Source: Sandaracinaceae bacterium (lineage in GTDB: Bacteria; Myxococcota_A; Polyangia; Polyangiales; Sandaracinaceae). From it: 26,418 nucleotides of DNA. Location: contig JBGAQA010000090.1 in the NCBI GenBank assembly GCA_044220955.1, forward strand, positions 1-26,418, read 5' to 3'. Shown here in pieces: positions 7,780 to 16,945 of this stretch. Below the pieces are notes generated by a model. That model saw only the letters and a program-made list of their open reading frames with translations. It was not told the DNA's origin and ran no database searches. A program made the position numbers and the translations under genes. Each line of letters opens with the position of its first letter. Within the stretch, counting starts at the first letter, position 1.

Positions 7780-7781
7780 GG

Positions 7782-9038
7782 TCAGGTCGCGGGGGCCGAC
7801 GCGCGAGCCCGTTCGCGCGGGACGCGCGGCACCAGGCGCTCGATCTCGTCGGCCGCCGCTGCGGCGCCTCCCGCGCGTCGGAACCCGTCGGCGACGCGCG
7901 CGGCCCCCTCGCGCTTGCCCACGGCGCTCTCCACGGCGTCGCGCAGACGACGCGCGCCGAGCCTCGCCGCCGGCAGGCGGACGCCGGCGCCCGCGATCTC
8001 GACGTGGCGCGCGACCTCGACCTGATCCCGACCGAACGGGACGACGCAGACGGGCACGCCCGCGGCGAGCGCCTTCTGCGTGATGCCCATGCCGCCGTGA
8101 CAGACGACGCACGCGGCGCGCGCGAGCAGCGGTCCGTGCGGCAGGAATCGCGCGACCTGCGCGTTGGCCGGAGCGCGGAAGAGCGCGGGGTCGATCGCCG
8201 CGGTGGTCGCCACGACCCGGAAGGGCGCGTCCGCGAGGGCCGCGAGCGCGACCTCGATGAGCTTGCCGTCGTTCTGGAACTCGGTGGAGCAGGTCACGAG
8301 GACGAGCGGTCGCGTGTCCTCGGCGACCCGCGTCGCTTCGCCCGCGGAGGGCGGCTCCCACGTCCCAGGCCCGACCAGCTTCACGTTCTCGGGCCACGCA
8401 CGCGCGTACTCGAAGGGCTCCGCCGTGTACGCGAAGATGCGAGGCGCCGAGACGAAGTCGCGGACGTGCCCGTATCGCGCGGCACCCGCGCCGGTGCGAA
8501 CGCGGTTCAGGTCGGGCAGGACGCGATCGAAGAGCAGGTCCACGACGGGCCAGAGCAGCGCGTCGCGGAGCCGGCCGAGCGGGCCGCGCAGAGGCGCGAG
8601 GCCCAGGCCCCAGGGCGGGACGCCGGGCGCGCGGACGGGGAGAAAATACGGCGCGAACACCGCCCACGGCAGCCCCGATGTCTCGGCGACGGCCGCGGCG
8701 CCCCAGCAGTTCACGTCGACGTAGAGCAGCTCCGCGTCCTCCGCCGTGATCGCAGCGCGCAGGTCCTCGACCTCGACGCGCGCGCGATCGACGAAGGTGC
8801 GCGCGGCCCGGACGAGCGCCGCCGGTGGCGAGCTCGCCTTCCAGTCGTCGAGCGTGCGCGCCTCGACGGCCGCGTCGATCGGTCCCGCAGCAAAGCCCAT
8901 CGCGCGTAGCCGCGGCACCTCGGACGCGAGCGTGCGGACGCGGACGTCGTGCCCGCGACGCGCGAGCTCGAGGAGCGTGGGAACCAGCGGGAACAGGTGC
9001 CCGCGGGCAGGTGAGGTGTAGACCAGGATGCGTGCCAC
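7782..9038 (-). CDS. UDP-glycosyltransferase, GT1/MGT (macrolide glycosyltransferase-like)
   Basis: N-terminal ARGHLFP (catalytic His) and C-terminal sugar-nucleotide box FLPHGPLL...CHGGMGITQKALAAGVP...DQ. GTG start with a GAGGAG RBS. Confidence 0.92.
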   Translation of the reverse strand: MARILVYTSPARGHLFPLVPTLLELARRGHDVRVRTLASEVPRLRAMGFAAGPIDAAVEARTLDDWKASSPPAALVRAARTFVDRARVEVEDLRAAITAEDAELLYVDVNCWGAAAVAETSGLPWAVFAPYFLPVRAPGVPPWGLGLAPLRGPLGRLRDALLWPVVDLLFDRVLPDLNRVRTGAGAARYGHVRDFVSAPRIFAYTAEPFEYARAWPENVKLVGPGTWEPPSAGEATRVAEDTRPLVLVTCSTEFQNDGKLIEVALAALADAPFRVVATTAAIDPALFRAPANAQVARFLPHGPLLARAACVVCHGGMGITQKALAAGVPVCVVPFGRDQVEVARHVEIAGAGVRLPAARLGARRLRDAVESAVGKREGAARVADGFRRAGGAAAAADEIERLVPRVPRERARASAPAT

Positions 9039-9051
9039 GTTCGGTTCCTCC

Positions 9052-9651
9052 TCAGTCGACGATCGACTCCACCAGCTCGTGCAGCGCGCGGCGCGTCGCA
9101 GCGGCGTCGAGCCCGCGGTCGCGCCGCAGGATCTTCCAGACGTAGACGTCGGTGATCGCGACGAGCTGCGCGCTCAACCGCGTGCGCGCGGCTCCTCGGC
9201 GCCGCGCGATCCAGGGCGCGAACACGCGCTCGACCCACGCGCGGTGCAGCGCGCGACCGGCGTCGGTCACCCGCCGCATCGCGGGAACGCGCTCCTCCTG
9301 CGCGAGGAAGCGCAGGCTCCGCTCGCCCCACGCCTCGTAGTGCTCGGAGAGGTTGGCGATCGCGGCCGCGAGGTCGCCCACCTCCGCCTCGCTGCGCGCG
9401 CTGCGGACCTGCTCGAGACCGAGGGCGGCGGCCGCGTCGACGAGGCCCTCCTTCGAGCCGTGGCGGCGCAGCAGCGTCTGCACCGTCACGCCGGCCTCCA
9501 CGGCCACGTCGTCGAGCGACACGTCGTCGTAGGGCCGTGCGCCGAAGAGCCGCGTCGCCGCCTCGAGCACGCGATCGCCGGTGGCCTTCGAGGCCTCGGC
9601 GCGCGCGGACATGCGATAGGGGCGCCGCTTCTTCGGGCGCTCATATTTCAT
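9052..9651 (-). CDS. TetR/AcrR family transcriptional regulator
   Basis: RRPYRMSARAEASKATGDRVLEAA...VSLDDVAVEAGVTVQTLLRRHGSKEGL is a TetR HTH. Likely ATG at 9651, 13 bp intergenic gap to the GT1 gene. Confidence 0.9.
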   Translation of the reverse strand: MKYERPKKRRPYRMSARAEASKATGDRVLEAATRLFGARPYDDVSLDDVAVEAGVTVQTLLRRHGSKEGLVDAAAALGLEQVRSARSEAEVGDLAAAIANLSEHYEAWGERSLRFLAQEERVPAMRRVTDAGRALHRAWVERVFAPWIARRRGAARTRLSAQLVAITDVYVWKILRRDRGLDAAATRRALHELVESIVD

Positions 9652-9667
9652 GTGAGTGCGATTAACA
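9651..9667. promoter_or_regulatory. Putative TetR operator (imperfect palindrome)
   Basis: TGTGAGTGCGATTAACA = TGTnAnT-N3-AnTnACA, in the AT-rich patch abutting the tetR start codon. Confidence 0.5.
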
Positions 9668-9805
9668 GCAAAAGCGTCCCGTGTCCAGCGCGCGTCGGGC
9701 GCGTGCTCTCTCGGCATGAGAGTGCGGGCCGCGACGCGGTGCCGGCGACCACGTGCGAACGTCGTCCCCCCACCGCGGTGCACCGGCCCCGACGAGTCGG
9801 ATAGG

Positions 9806-12800
9806 ATGGGTCCGATGCGACACCTGCTTCGATCGCCTGCGCTCGCGCTCCTCGTCGCCACCTTCGCCGCGGCGAGCGCCGGATGCGACTGCGCGGGCGG
9901 ACCGACTCCGGGGACGTGCACCACGTCGACCGACTGTCGCGCCGGGCAGAGCTGCATCGACGGCCGCTGTCGCGCGACCCCCGACGCGGGCCCGCTGCCC
10001 GACGCCGGCCCGGGGAACGACGCGGACCGCCCCGACGCCGTGGTCGTCCCGGACACGGGTCTCGACGGCGGGCCGACGTGCGCGGGCGTGACGTGCGATC
10101 CCGGCGAGCGCTGCGCGATCGTCGCCGGCGCACCCTCGTGCGTCCCGAACACGTGCGCCGACCTCGCGTGCTCCGTGACGGAGCGCTGCGAGCCCGCGCC
10201 GGTCGGCATGGGCAACGTCTGCGTCGACATCTCGTGCACCGACGCGATCGACTGCGCGCCGGACGAGTACTGCAACGGCACCATCTGCGTCGCCGACCTC
10301 TGCACCGCCGGGGTGGGCACCTGCGACGCGATGAGCGTGAGCGTGTGCGTCGACGACGGGAGCACGTCCACGGTGCGCTACACGTGCGGCAGCACGACCC
10401 ACTTCACGAGCAGCTGCACGACCGACGCACGCGGCGCCTACTGCCCCTGCGAGGACGACTGGGACTGCCCCGCCAACACGCGCTGCGAGGTCGGTCGCTG
10501 CGAGGGGACGGGCGTCGCGCCGACCTGCCGCCTGGCGCCGCAGCCCTTCACCAGCGTCCTTCCGACCAACGAGATCACCTGGGGCGGCGTCAGCGCGGCC
10601 ATGCACGACGCCGTCGGCCGGCCCTTCCCGCCGAGCGCGCAGGTGTCGGCCACGCCCGTGGTCGTCAACCTCGACGACGACACCGGCGACGGTCGCATCG
10701 ACGAGCTCGACATCCCCGAGATCGTCTTCCAGACGTACTGCGGCACCGACGTCTCGACGAACGGCGCGCTCCGAGCGATCCACGGCGGCGGCACGCACCG
10801 CGGCGAGGACTTCTTCGCCGTGATGGGCCCCACGGTCTGGCACGAGGGCGACCCGCTCCCGGCCACCACGACGTGCGCGAACGGCGACCTCAACTCGACG
10901 TCGGGCATCGCTGCCGGGGATCTCGACGGCGACGGCGTGCCCGAGATCGTGGCGATCACGGAAGGGGACGGCGTCGCGATCCTGTCGAACACCGGCACGC
11001 GCATCGCCACGTCCGCGACCGCCCTGTGGCCGGCGGGGTACGTCGACCCGACGCCCGCGATCGCCAACCTCGATCACGCCGGGCTGCCCGAGATCGTCGT
11101 CGGGCGTGTGGTCCTGACGATCCGGCGCGATCCCGGCATGCCCATCGTGTTCCAGGACACGTTCTCGGGGGCGCTCATGAGCGGACAGAACGGCCAGGGG
11201 CCGATCTCGTGCCTCGGTGACGTCGCCGGCGGTGACGAGCTGGAGGTGGTCGCAGGCAGCACCGTCTACCGTCTGCCCACACCGCCGGCCGGCGTGACGC
11301 GACGCTCGATGTGCGCCGTGGGTGACACGAGCAACTTCTGCGGCGGTCGCCTCGACGTCGTGTGGGACGGGCAGACGGTCAACGGAGCGACGCTCGTCCC
11401 GACGGCCCAGCGCGACGGATTCTGCGCGCTCGCCGACGTGCTGGGCGTCGATCCCGTCGCTGCGCCGGGCCCGACGAACCCGCTCGACGGGCAGCCGGAG
11501 GTCGTGCTCGTGGCCAACGGCTACCTCGTCGTCTACTCGGGCGACACCGGTGTGCGCCGTCGCTTCATCAACCTCGGCGCAGGCACGGACGGCGGGGCGC
11601 CGAACGTGGACGACTTCGACGGCGACGGGTTCCCCGAGGTCGGGACCGCGTTCGGCCTGCGCTACATCGCGATCGATCTGCAGGCGCCGACGGCAGCCTG
11701 CCCCGCGTGGCCGAACGCCTTCAACGACGCGATGACCGGTCTGCAGGGCAACCCGATGCGGACCCCCCCGGCCACGGCATGCACCGCGGACGCCGACTGC
11801 GGCGACCCTCAGTTCGCGTGCAACGAGACCATCGGCCGGTGCGTGTGCTTCCACAACGGATGGATGCGCATCACGGAGGACGACTCGAGCCGCGTCACCG
11901 GCTCCACGGTGTTCGACTTCAACGGCGATGGTGGCGCCGAGATCGTCTACAACGACGAGTGCTACTTCCGCGTCTACGACGGGGTGAACGGTACGGTCCT
12001 GTTCCGCGGACCGAGCTCGAGCCGCACCCGCGTGGAGAACCCCGTCGTCGCCGACGTCGACAACGACGGGAACGCCGAGATCGTGTTCCCGAGCAACAAC
12101 GACGCGAGCGCGTGCAGCGTGGGCGAGACGAACAACGGCATCGAGGTCTGGGGCGACGCGAGCGACTCCTGGGTCAGCGCTCGCAGGATCTGGAACGAAC
12201 ACGCGTACCACGTGACCAACGTGCTCGAGTCGAGCGGTGTGCCGTCGTACGAGCCACAGAGCTGGCTGACCTACGCCGGCCGCTCGTACGACACGTACCG
12301 TTCGCAGCCGCGCAGCGCGGGCGTCGCGCCCGATCTCGTGATCGATCGCGTGCAGGCGAGCTCCCCGGACGCGGCGTGCGGGACGCTCGGCACGATGCTC
12401 GACATCGTCGTCCGCGTCGTGAACCGCGGTGACCTCCGCGTCGGCCCCGACGTGATGGTGGCCTTGTACGGGGAGTGGCCGACCGTTCCCTTGAGCGAGG
12501 CGCTGCACGCCGACGCGCTCGGCACTCCGCTGAGCGCCCGTCTCGGGACGACGCTCGAGCCCGGCGCCTCGACGCTGGTGTCCGTGCGCTACGTGGCCGC
12601 GAACAACTCGCCCGGAGTCCTGCCCGCCATGATCCGCGTGGTCGTCGACGACGCGATGGCCGAGCGCGAGTGCGTCGAGACCAACAACACCGTGTCGATC
12701 GCGGTCGATCCGGGCTCGACCGCCCCGGATCTCGCGGTGGACCTGGGCGCGACCGGTGGCGTGTGTCCGGCGCAGACCTTCGTCACCACGATCGAGAACG

Positions 12801-13069
12801 TCGGCTCTGCGGCGGCGAGCGACGTCGTCGTTCGCTACTACGTGGGCGACCCGGCCGCGGGTGGACTCGCGATCCACGACGAGGTGTTCCCCGGCGTGCT
12901 GGCGCCAGGCGCGTCGATGATGCGCACGGTCACCATCAACCCCTTCCCGATGGGGCCCCTCTCGATCGTGCACGCGGTCGTCGATCCCGACGACGTGGTC
13001 GCCGAGTGCAACGACGGGAACAACGACGATCAGACGGCCAATCGCGTCGGCTGCCAGGTCGTGATCTGA
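9806..13069 (+). CDS. Large Cys-rich lipoprotein with FG-GAP/VCBS (integrin-alpha-like) beta-propeller and two CARDB domains
   Basis: Signal ...LLVATFAAASAGC (ATG 9806 or 9815). Cys repeats CxxxxDCxxxxxCxxxxC. Ca-binding loops DLDGDGVPEI, DFDGDGFPEV, DFNGDGGAEI, DVDNDGNAEI. CARDB signatures PDLV...VVNRG...ECVETNN and PDLA...IENVG...ECNDGNN. Confidence 0.88.
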   Translation: MGPMRHLLRSPALALLVATFAAASAGCDCAGGPTPGTCTTSTDCRAGQSCIDGRCRATPDAGPLPDAGPGNDADRPDAVVVPDTGLDGGPTCAGVTCDPGERCAIVAGAPSCVPNTCADLACSVTERCEPAPVGMGNVCVDISCTDAIDCAPDEYCNGTICVADLCTAGVGTCDAMSVSVCVDDGSTSTVRYTCGSTTHFTSSCTTDARGAYCPCEDDWDCPANTRCEVGRCEGTGVAPTCRLAPQPFTSVLPTNEITWGGVSAAMHDAVGRPFPPSAQVSATPVVVNLDDDTGDGRIDELDIPEIVFQTYCGTDVSTNGALRAIHGGGTHRGEDFFAVMGPTVWHEGDPLPATTTCANGDLNSTSGIAAGDLDGDGVPEIVAITEGDGVAILSNTGTRIATSATALWPAGYVDPTPAIANLDHAGLPEIVVGRVVLTIRRDPGMPIVFQDTFSGALMSGQNGQGPISCLGDVAGGDELEVVAGSTVYRLPTPPAGVTRRSMCAVGDTSNFCGGRLDVVWDGQTVNGATLVPTAQRDGFCALADVLGVDPVAAPGPTNPLDGQPEVVLVANGYLVVYSGDTGVRRRFINLGAGTDGGAPNVDDFDGDGFPEVGTAFGLRYIAIDLQAPTAACPAWPNAFNDAMTGLQGNPMRTPPATACTADADCGDPQFACNETIGRCVCFHNGWMRITEDDSSRVTGSTVFDFNGDGGAEIVYNDECYFRVYDGVNGTVLFRGPSSSRTRVENPVVADVDNDGNAEIVFPSNNDASACSVGETNNGIEVWGDASDSWVSARRIWNEHAYHVTNVLESSGVPSYEPQSWLTYAGRSYDTYRSQPRSAGVAPDLVIDRVQASSPDAACGTLGTMLDIVVRVVNRGDLRVGPDVMVALYGEWPTVPLSEALHADALGTPLSARLGTTLEPGASTLVSVRYVAANNSPGVLPAMIRVVVDDAMAERECVETNNTVSIAVDPGSTAPDLAVDLGATGGVCPAQTFVTTIENVGSAAASDVVVRYYVGDPAAGGLAIHDEVFPGVLAPGASMMRTVTINPFPMGPLSIVHAVVDPDDVVAECNDGNNDDQTANRVGCQVVI

Positions 13070-13243
13070 AGGGCCGAGGGCCACCGAGGCCTTCGCTCTG
13101 CCGTCCGGACGCGCTTCGCGGCCGACGTGGTCGCGCGCTCCGACGCCTCGCTCGCGACCGGCGGGGCGCGCCCACGAGCTGCTCGCGCATGTGCCCGGAG
13201 GTCGGGGGCTCTGCCTCGCGTCGAGTGCGAGTACGATGGGTCC

Positions 13244-13864
13244 GTGGCCGACGCATACGAGCGCGAGCACATGTCGGGCAAGGGCGCGGTCCTGCATCGC
13301 CAGAAGGTGCAGGCGCCGCGCTGGGCGCTCGCGCTCGTGGCTGGCCTGCCCGCGGCGCTCCTCGGCGTCCTGGGCGCAACGCTCGCAGCGGGTGGTGCGC
13401 CCTGGGAGGCGATGTTGCCGCCGGTCCTCGGAGCCCTCGTCTACGGGGGCGCGATGACAGGGCTCATGCTCGCTCTCGCGGGGGGCCGGATCGCCGTGTC
13501 CGAGGGCGAGCTCCACGTCCAGATCGGCCCGTTCGGTCCGCGCATCCCGATGGAGGAGATCGCGTCGTGCGAGCTCGGCGCGAGCGGCGTGCGCAGCTAC
13601 GGTCTCGGCGCGCAGAAGCTGCTCGACGGCACGACCATCTACAAGATGCTGGGCGACAACGCGAGCGCGGCCCGGATCACCAAGAGCGACGGACGGAAGC
13701 TGGTGGTGGTGTGCCCGGACGCGCAGCGGCTCGTCGCCGCGGTGCAGGAGGCGATGCGGCGGCGGGCCGTTCCGAGGACGAGGGTCGAGATGGAGGGCGG
13801 GGCAGAGGACGCTGCGGAGAACGAGCGAGAGAGCGACCGAGCGGACGACCGGCGGCGCGGCTGA
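13244..13864 (+). CDS. Hypothetical membrane protein (2 TM helices plus a possible bacterial PH-like domain)
   Basis: Two hydrophobic segments followed by IAVSEGELHVQIG...RIPMEEIASC. Start uncertain (GTG 13244 or ATG 13271). Confidence 0.65.
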   Translation: MADAYEREHMSGKGAVLHRQKVQAPRWALALVAGLPAALLGVLGATLAAGGAPWEAMLPPVLGALVYGGAMTGLMLALAGGRIAVSEGELHVQIGPFGPRIPMEEIASCELGASGVRSYGLGAQKLLDGTTIYKMLGDNASAARITKSDGRKLVVVCPDAQRLVAAVQEAMRRRAVPRTRVEMEGGAEDAAENERESDRADDRRRG

Positions 13865-13991
13865 CGCGCTCCCGGCCTCCCGACTGCGGCGGACGTCGTG
13901 CCGGCTCGCCGGTCGTCGAACGGGCGCCCGAGCCCACAATCCACGGCCGTGTCCGGCCGGTCCGATCTATCGTCGGCTGCGTGAGGACTGC

Positions 13992-15554
13992 GTGAGGATC
14001 GCGCTCCCCCTCGCGATCCTGGGGATCGCGCTCGGGTGCGGCGGCACACCCCCCGGCCGGGCGACGGTCGCTCCTTCGCCCGCCACGTGCGAGCGTCAGG
14101 CCCCTCGGCGCGGCCCTCTCGTGCGTCTCGCGCCCGCCGAGTACGACGCGACCGTGCGCGACCTGCTCGGCGACGACTCGCAGCCCTCGTCGGCGTTCCC
14201 GCGCGAGCCGGAGGCGCTCGCGCCCGACGGCGCTCCGGTCTCGCCCGTCCTGGCGGGAGCGTATCTCCGCGCAGCCGAGACCCTCGCGGAGCGGGCGTCG
14301 GCGGAACGGCTCGAAGCGATCGCCCCCTGCGTGGCCGGGGGCGACGAGAGCGACGCTTGCGTGCGCACGTACGTCGCCGCGTTCGGGCGCCGCGCGTACC
14401 GGCGACCGCTCACCGATGCGGAGGTCGAGCGCTTCGTGGCGATCCACCGAGAGGGCGGCGTTCGCCTGGTGCTCGTCGCGATGCTCGTGTCACCGCACTT
14501 TCTCTACCGCGTCGAGCATGCGGGTGTGCTCTCGATGTACGAGCGCGCGAGCCGGCTCAGCTACCTGCTCTGGGGCTCCATGCCCGACGAGACCCTGTTC
14601 GCGGCCGCCGGCGCGGGCGCGCTCGGAACGGCCGACGCGATGGAGGTCGAGGCGCGCCGCATGCTCGCCGACCCGCGTGCACGCCCGCAGCTGGTGCGCT
14701 TCGTCTCGAGCTGGCTCGAGCTCTCGCTCGACGACGTGACGAAGGACGACGTTGCGTACCCCGAGTGGCGGCCCGAGCTCGCGCGGGCCATGCGGGACTC
14801 GTCGTCACGCTTCGTCGAGCACGTCCTGTTCGAGTCGACCGGTACGCTCGACGAGCTCTTCCGGGCGCCCTACGCCTTCGTCGACGACTCGCTCGCGCCG
14901 ATCTACGGCGTGCCGCCGCCGGGCTCGGACACGCTCGTCCGCGTCGCGCTGGATCCTCGCGCGCGGGCCGGGATCTTCACCCAGCCGGCGTTCCTCGCAG
15001 CGCACGCGAGCGCCGATGGAAGCTCACCCGTCCTGCGGGGGCGCGCGCTGCGCGAGCGGGTCTTCTGCCAGGCGCTGCCGGCCCCGCCCGACGACGTGAG
15101 GCCGCTCGCGCCCGTCGGACCGGCGCGTCCGACCACGCGCGCACGCTTCGAGGCGCACGTCGAGGACGCAGGATGCGCGGGTTGCCACACGCTGATGGAC
15201 CCGCTGGGCTTCGCGCTCGAGCACTTCGACGGACTGGGCCGCTTCCGGGCCGACGAGAACGGCGAGCCGATCGACGCCGGCGGGGAGATCTTCGGAACCG
15301 GCGCGACCGACGGACCCGTGGACGGCGCGATCGCCCTCGCGGGAGCCCTCGCGAGCAGCCAGGACGTGTCGCGCTGCGCCATGGAGCAGGCGTGGCGCTT
15401 CGCGCTGCGGCGCCCCTCGGAGGAGGCGGACGCCTGCGATCGTGAGGCGCTCGCCGGGTCCTGGGCTCGATCGGGCGGCGAGCTGCGCGAGCTCCTGGTC
15501 GCCATCGTGCGCTCGGACGCTTTCGTCGCGCCGGGACCGGAGCTGCCGCGATGA
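13992..15554 (+). CDS. DUF1592/DUF1588/DUF1585-family (PSD) lipoprotein with a c-type heme motif
   Basis: Lipobox IALGC. Family motifs RL...EYDATVRDLLG, RRAYRRPL, SPHFLYR, ASRLSYLLWGSMPD, SSPVLRG, and CAGCH (CxxCH, 15174-15188) followed by MDPLGFALEHFDGLGRFR. Confidence 0.9.
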   Translation: MRIALPLAILGIALGCGGTPPGRATVAPSPATCERQAPRRGPLVRLAPAEYDATVRDLLGDDSQPSSAFPREPEALAPDGAPVSPVLAGAYLRAAETLAERASAERLEAIAPCVAGGDESDACVRTYVAAFGRRAYRRPLTDAEVERFVAIHREGGVRLVLVAMLVSPHFLYRVEHAGVLSMYERASRLSYLLWGSMPDETLFAAAGAGALGTADAMEVEARRMLADPRARPQLVRFVSSWLELSLDDVTKDDVAYPEWRPELARAMRDSSSRFVEHVLFESTGTLDELFRAPYAFVDDSLAPIYGVPPPGSDTLVRVALDPRARAGIFTQPAFLAAHASADGSSPVLRGRALRERVFCQALPAPPDDVRPLAPVGPARPTTRARFEAHVEDAGCAGCHTLMDPLGFALEHFDGLGRFRADENGEPIDAGGEIFGTGATDGPVDGAIALAGALASSQDVSRCAMEQAWRFALRRPSEEADACDREALAGSWARSGGELRELLVAIVRSDAFVAPGPELPR

Positions 15555-16882
15555 GGCGGCGGGCGCTGCTCGCGGGCCTCGGGCTCGGCGCGCTCGGGCT
15601 CGCCGGCCTCTCCGTCTCGGGGCCGCGCCTCCGCGTGCACGCGCAGCAGGGAGCGCGCCTGCGCTTCGTGGTGATCGTCACGCCCTGCGGGACGATCCGG
15701 AGCGCCTGGGGGACGCGCCGGAGCGACGCCGACTTCGGTCTCGGAGAGATCCTGGCGCCCTTCGCTCCGCTGCGCGACCAGCTCCTCGTGCTGCAGGGGA
15801 CACACATGCGCGTCGCGCGCACCGGCCCCGGGAGTGGGCACCAGCAAGGCATGGGGGCGCTCCTCACCGGAGAGCCGCTACTGCCAGGCGCGTTCTGCGG
15901 TGGCAACGACTGCTTCAACGGGACGAGCGGCTGGGCGGCGGGGCCCTCGATCGATCAGAGGATCGCCGAGGGGGCGGCGGGCGGCGCGCGCTTGCGTTCG
16001 CTCGAGCTCGGCGTGCGCCTCGGCGGCGCCAACAACCGTCATCGCGTCGCGTACCGCGGCGCGGACGATCCGCTGCCGCCCGAGGACGACCCCGCCCGCG
16101 TCTACGAGCGTCTGTTCGCGGGCAGCGGGACCGACCTCGAGCTGCTGCGCAGGCGTCGCGCCGAGCGCGCCAGCGTGCTCGATCTCACGCGCGCCGAGCT
16201 CGCCGACCTGCGGGGTGACCAGGACGCGCAGGGACGCCTGGCGCTCGACGCTCACCTCGACTCGATCCGCGACGTCGAGCGCGAGCTCGATCGCGAGGCC
16301 GAGGCCAGCGCGTGCGCGCCGCCCGCGCTCGGCGAGGCGTTCGACTCGCACGAGAGCCGCCGCTATCCGCAGAGCTCCCGTCTCACCCTCGACCTGCTCG
16401 CCACCGCGCTCGCCTGCGACGCGACGCGCGTCGCCACGGTGGTCTACTCCGGCGCGGCCAGCATGCAGACGTTCCGCTGGCTCGGCGTACGCGAAGCGCA
16501 CCACACGCTCTCGCACGAGCCCGACTCGAACGAGGAAGCGCGCGAGAAGCTCGTGCGGATCGACGCCTGGTACGCGGGGGAGATCGCGCGCTTCGCGCAG
16601 CGCCTCGCGTCCATCCCCGAGGGCGAAGGCACGCTGCTCGACCACACGATCGTCCTCTGGGGCAACGAGCTGTCGAAGGGGAACCTCCACTCGCACGAGA
16701 ACATGCACTTCGTCGTCGTGGGCGGTTCGCGGGCGGGCTTGGGTCTGGGCCGCTGGCTCGATCTCGGAGATCGCCCCCACGCCGATCTCCTGCTCACCCT
16801 CGCCAGGCGGATGGGGTGCACGCTCGATACGTTCGGCGCCGAGGGCTTCTGCACGGGGCCGATCGACGCGCTCGGCGGGTAG
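15551..16882 (+). CDS. DUF1552 domain protein (Tat-exported, His-rich)
   Basis: Twin-Arg signal MRRRALLAGLG. Motifs SIDQRIA, HLDSIRDVE, CDATRV, AHHTLSH, TLLDHT, GNLHSH. ATGA overlap with the upstream DUF1592 gene, its usual partner. Confidence 0.9.
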   Translation: MRRRALLAGLGLGALGLAGLSVSGPRLRVHAQQGARLRFVVIVTPCGTIRSAWGTRRSDADFGLGEILAPFAPLRDQLLVLQGTHMRVARTGPGSGHQQGMGALLTGEPLLPGAFCGGNDCFNGTSGWAAGPSIDQRIAEGAAGGARLRSLELGVRLGGANNRHRVAYRGADDPLPPEDDPARVYERLFAGSGTDLELLRRRRAERASVLDLTRAELADLRGDQDAQGRLALDAHLDSIRDVERELDREAEASACAPPALGEAFDSHESRRYPQSSRLTLDLLATALACDATRVATVVYSGAASMQTFRWLGVREAHHTLSHEPDSNEEAREKLVRIDAWYAGEIARFAQRLASIPEGEGTLLDHTIVLWGNELSKGNLHSHENMHFVVVGGSRAGLGLGRWLDLGDRPHADLLLTLARRMGCTLDTFGAEGFCTGPIDALGG

Positions 16883-16945
16883 GACCGTGCGCGGCGCCAC
16901 ACTTCTTTGCAGTCGGCGGGGCCGGGATGGAGCACGCTAGGCCCC

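Noticed and set aside
9652..10371. Long N-terminal extensions of the TetR ORFs (to 10371 and to 3232)
   Set aside because: They overlap opposite-strand genes and promoters. TetR proteins are about 200 aa, matching starts at 9651 and 3055/3040.
12422..12436. RGD(L) integrin-ligand motif in the FG-GAP protein
   Set aside because: It falls on the N-x-G consensus of the CARDB domain (the second copy reads NVG), so it is probably coincidental.
9662..13939. 1425-aa minus-strand ORF (and similar ones at 3797-6718, 18108-20429, 19619-21610, 21799-23601)
   Set aside because: Antisense shadows of real genes. They are Arg/Ala/Val-rich with no motifs, as expected when stops are rare in very GC-rich DNA.
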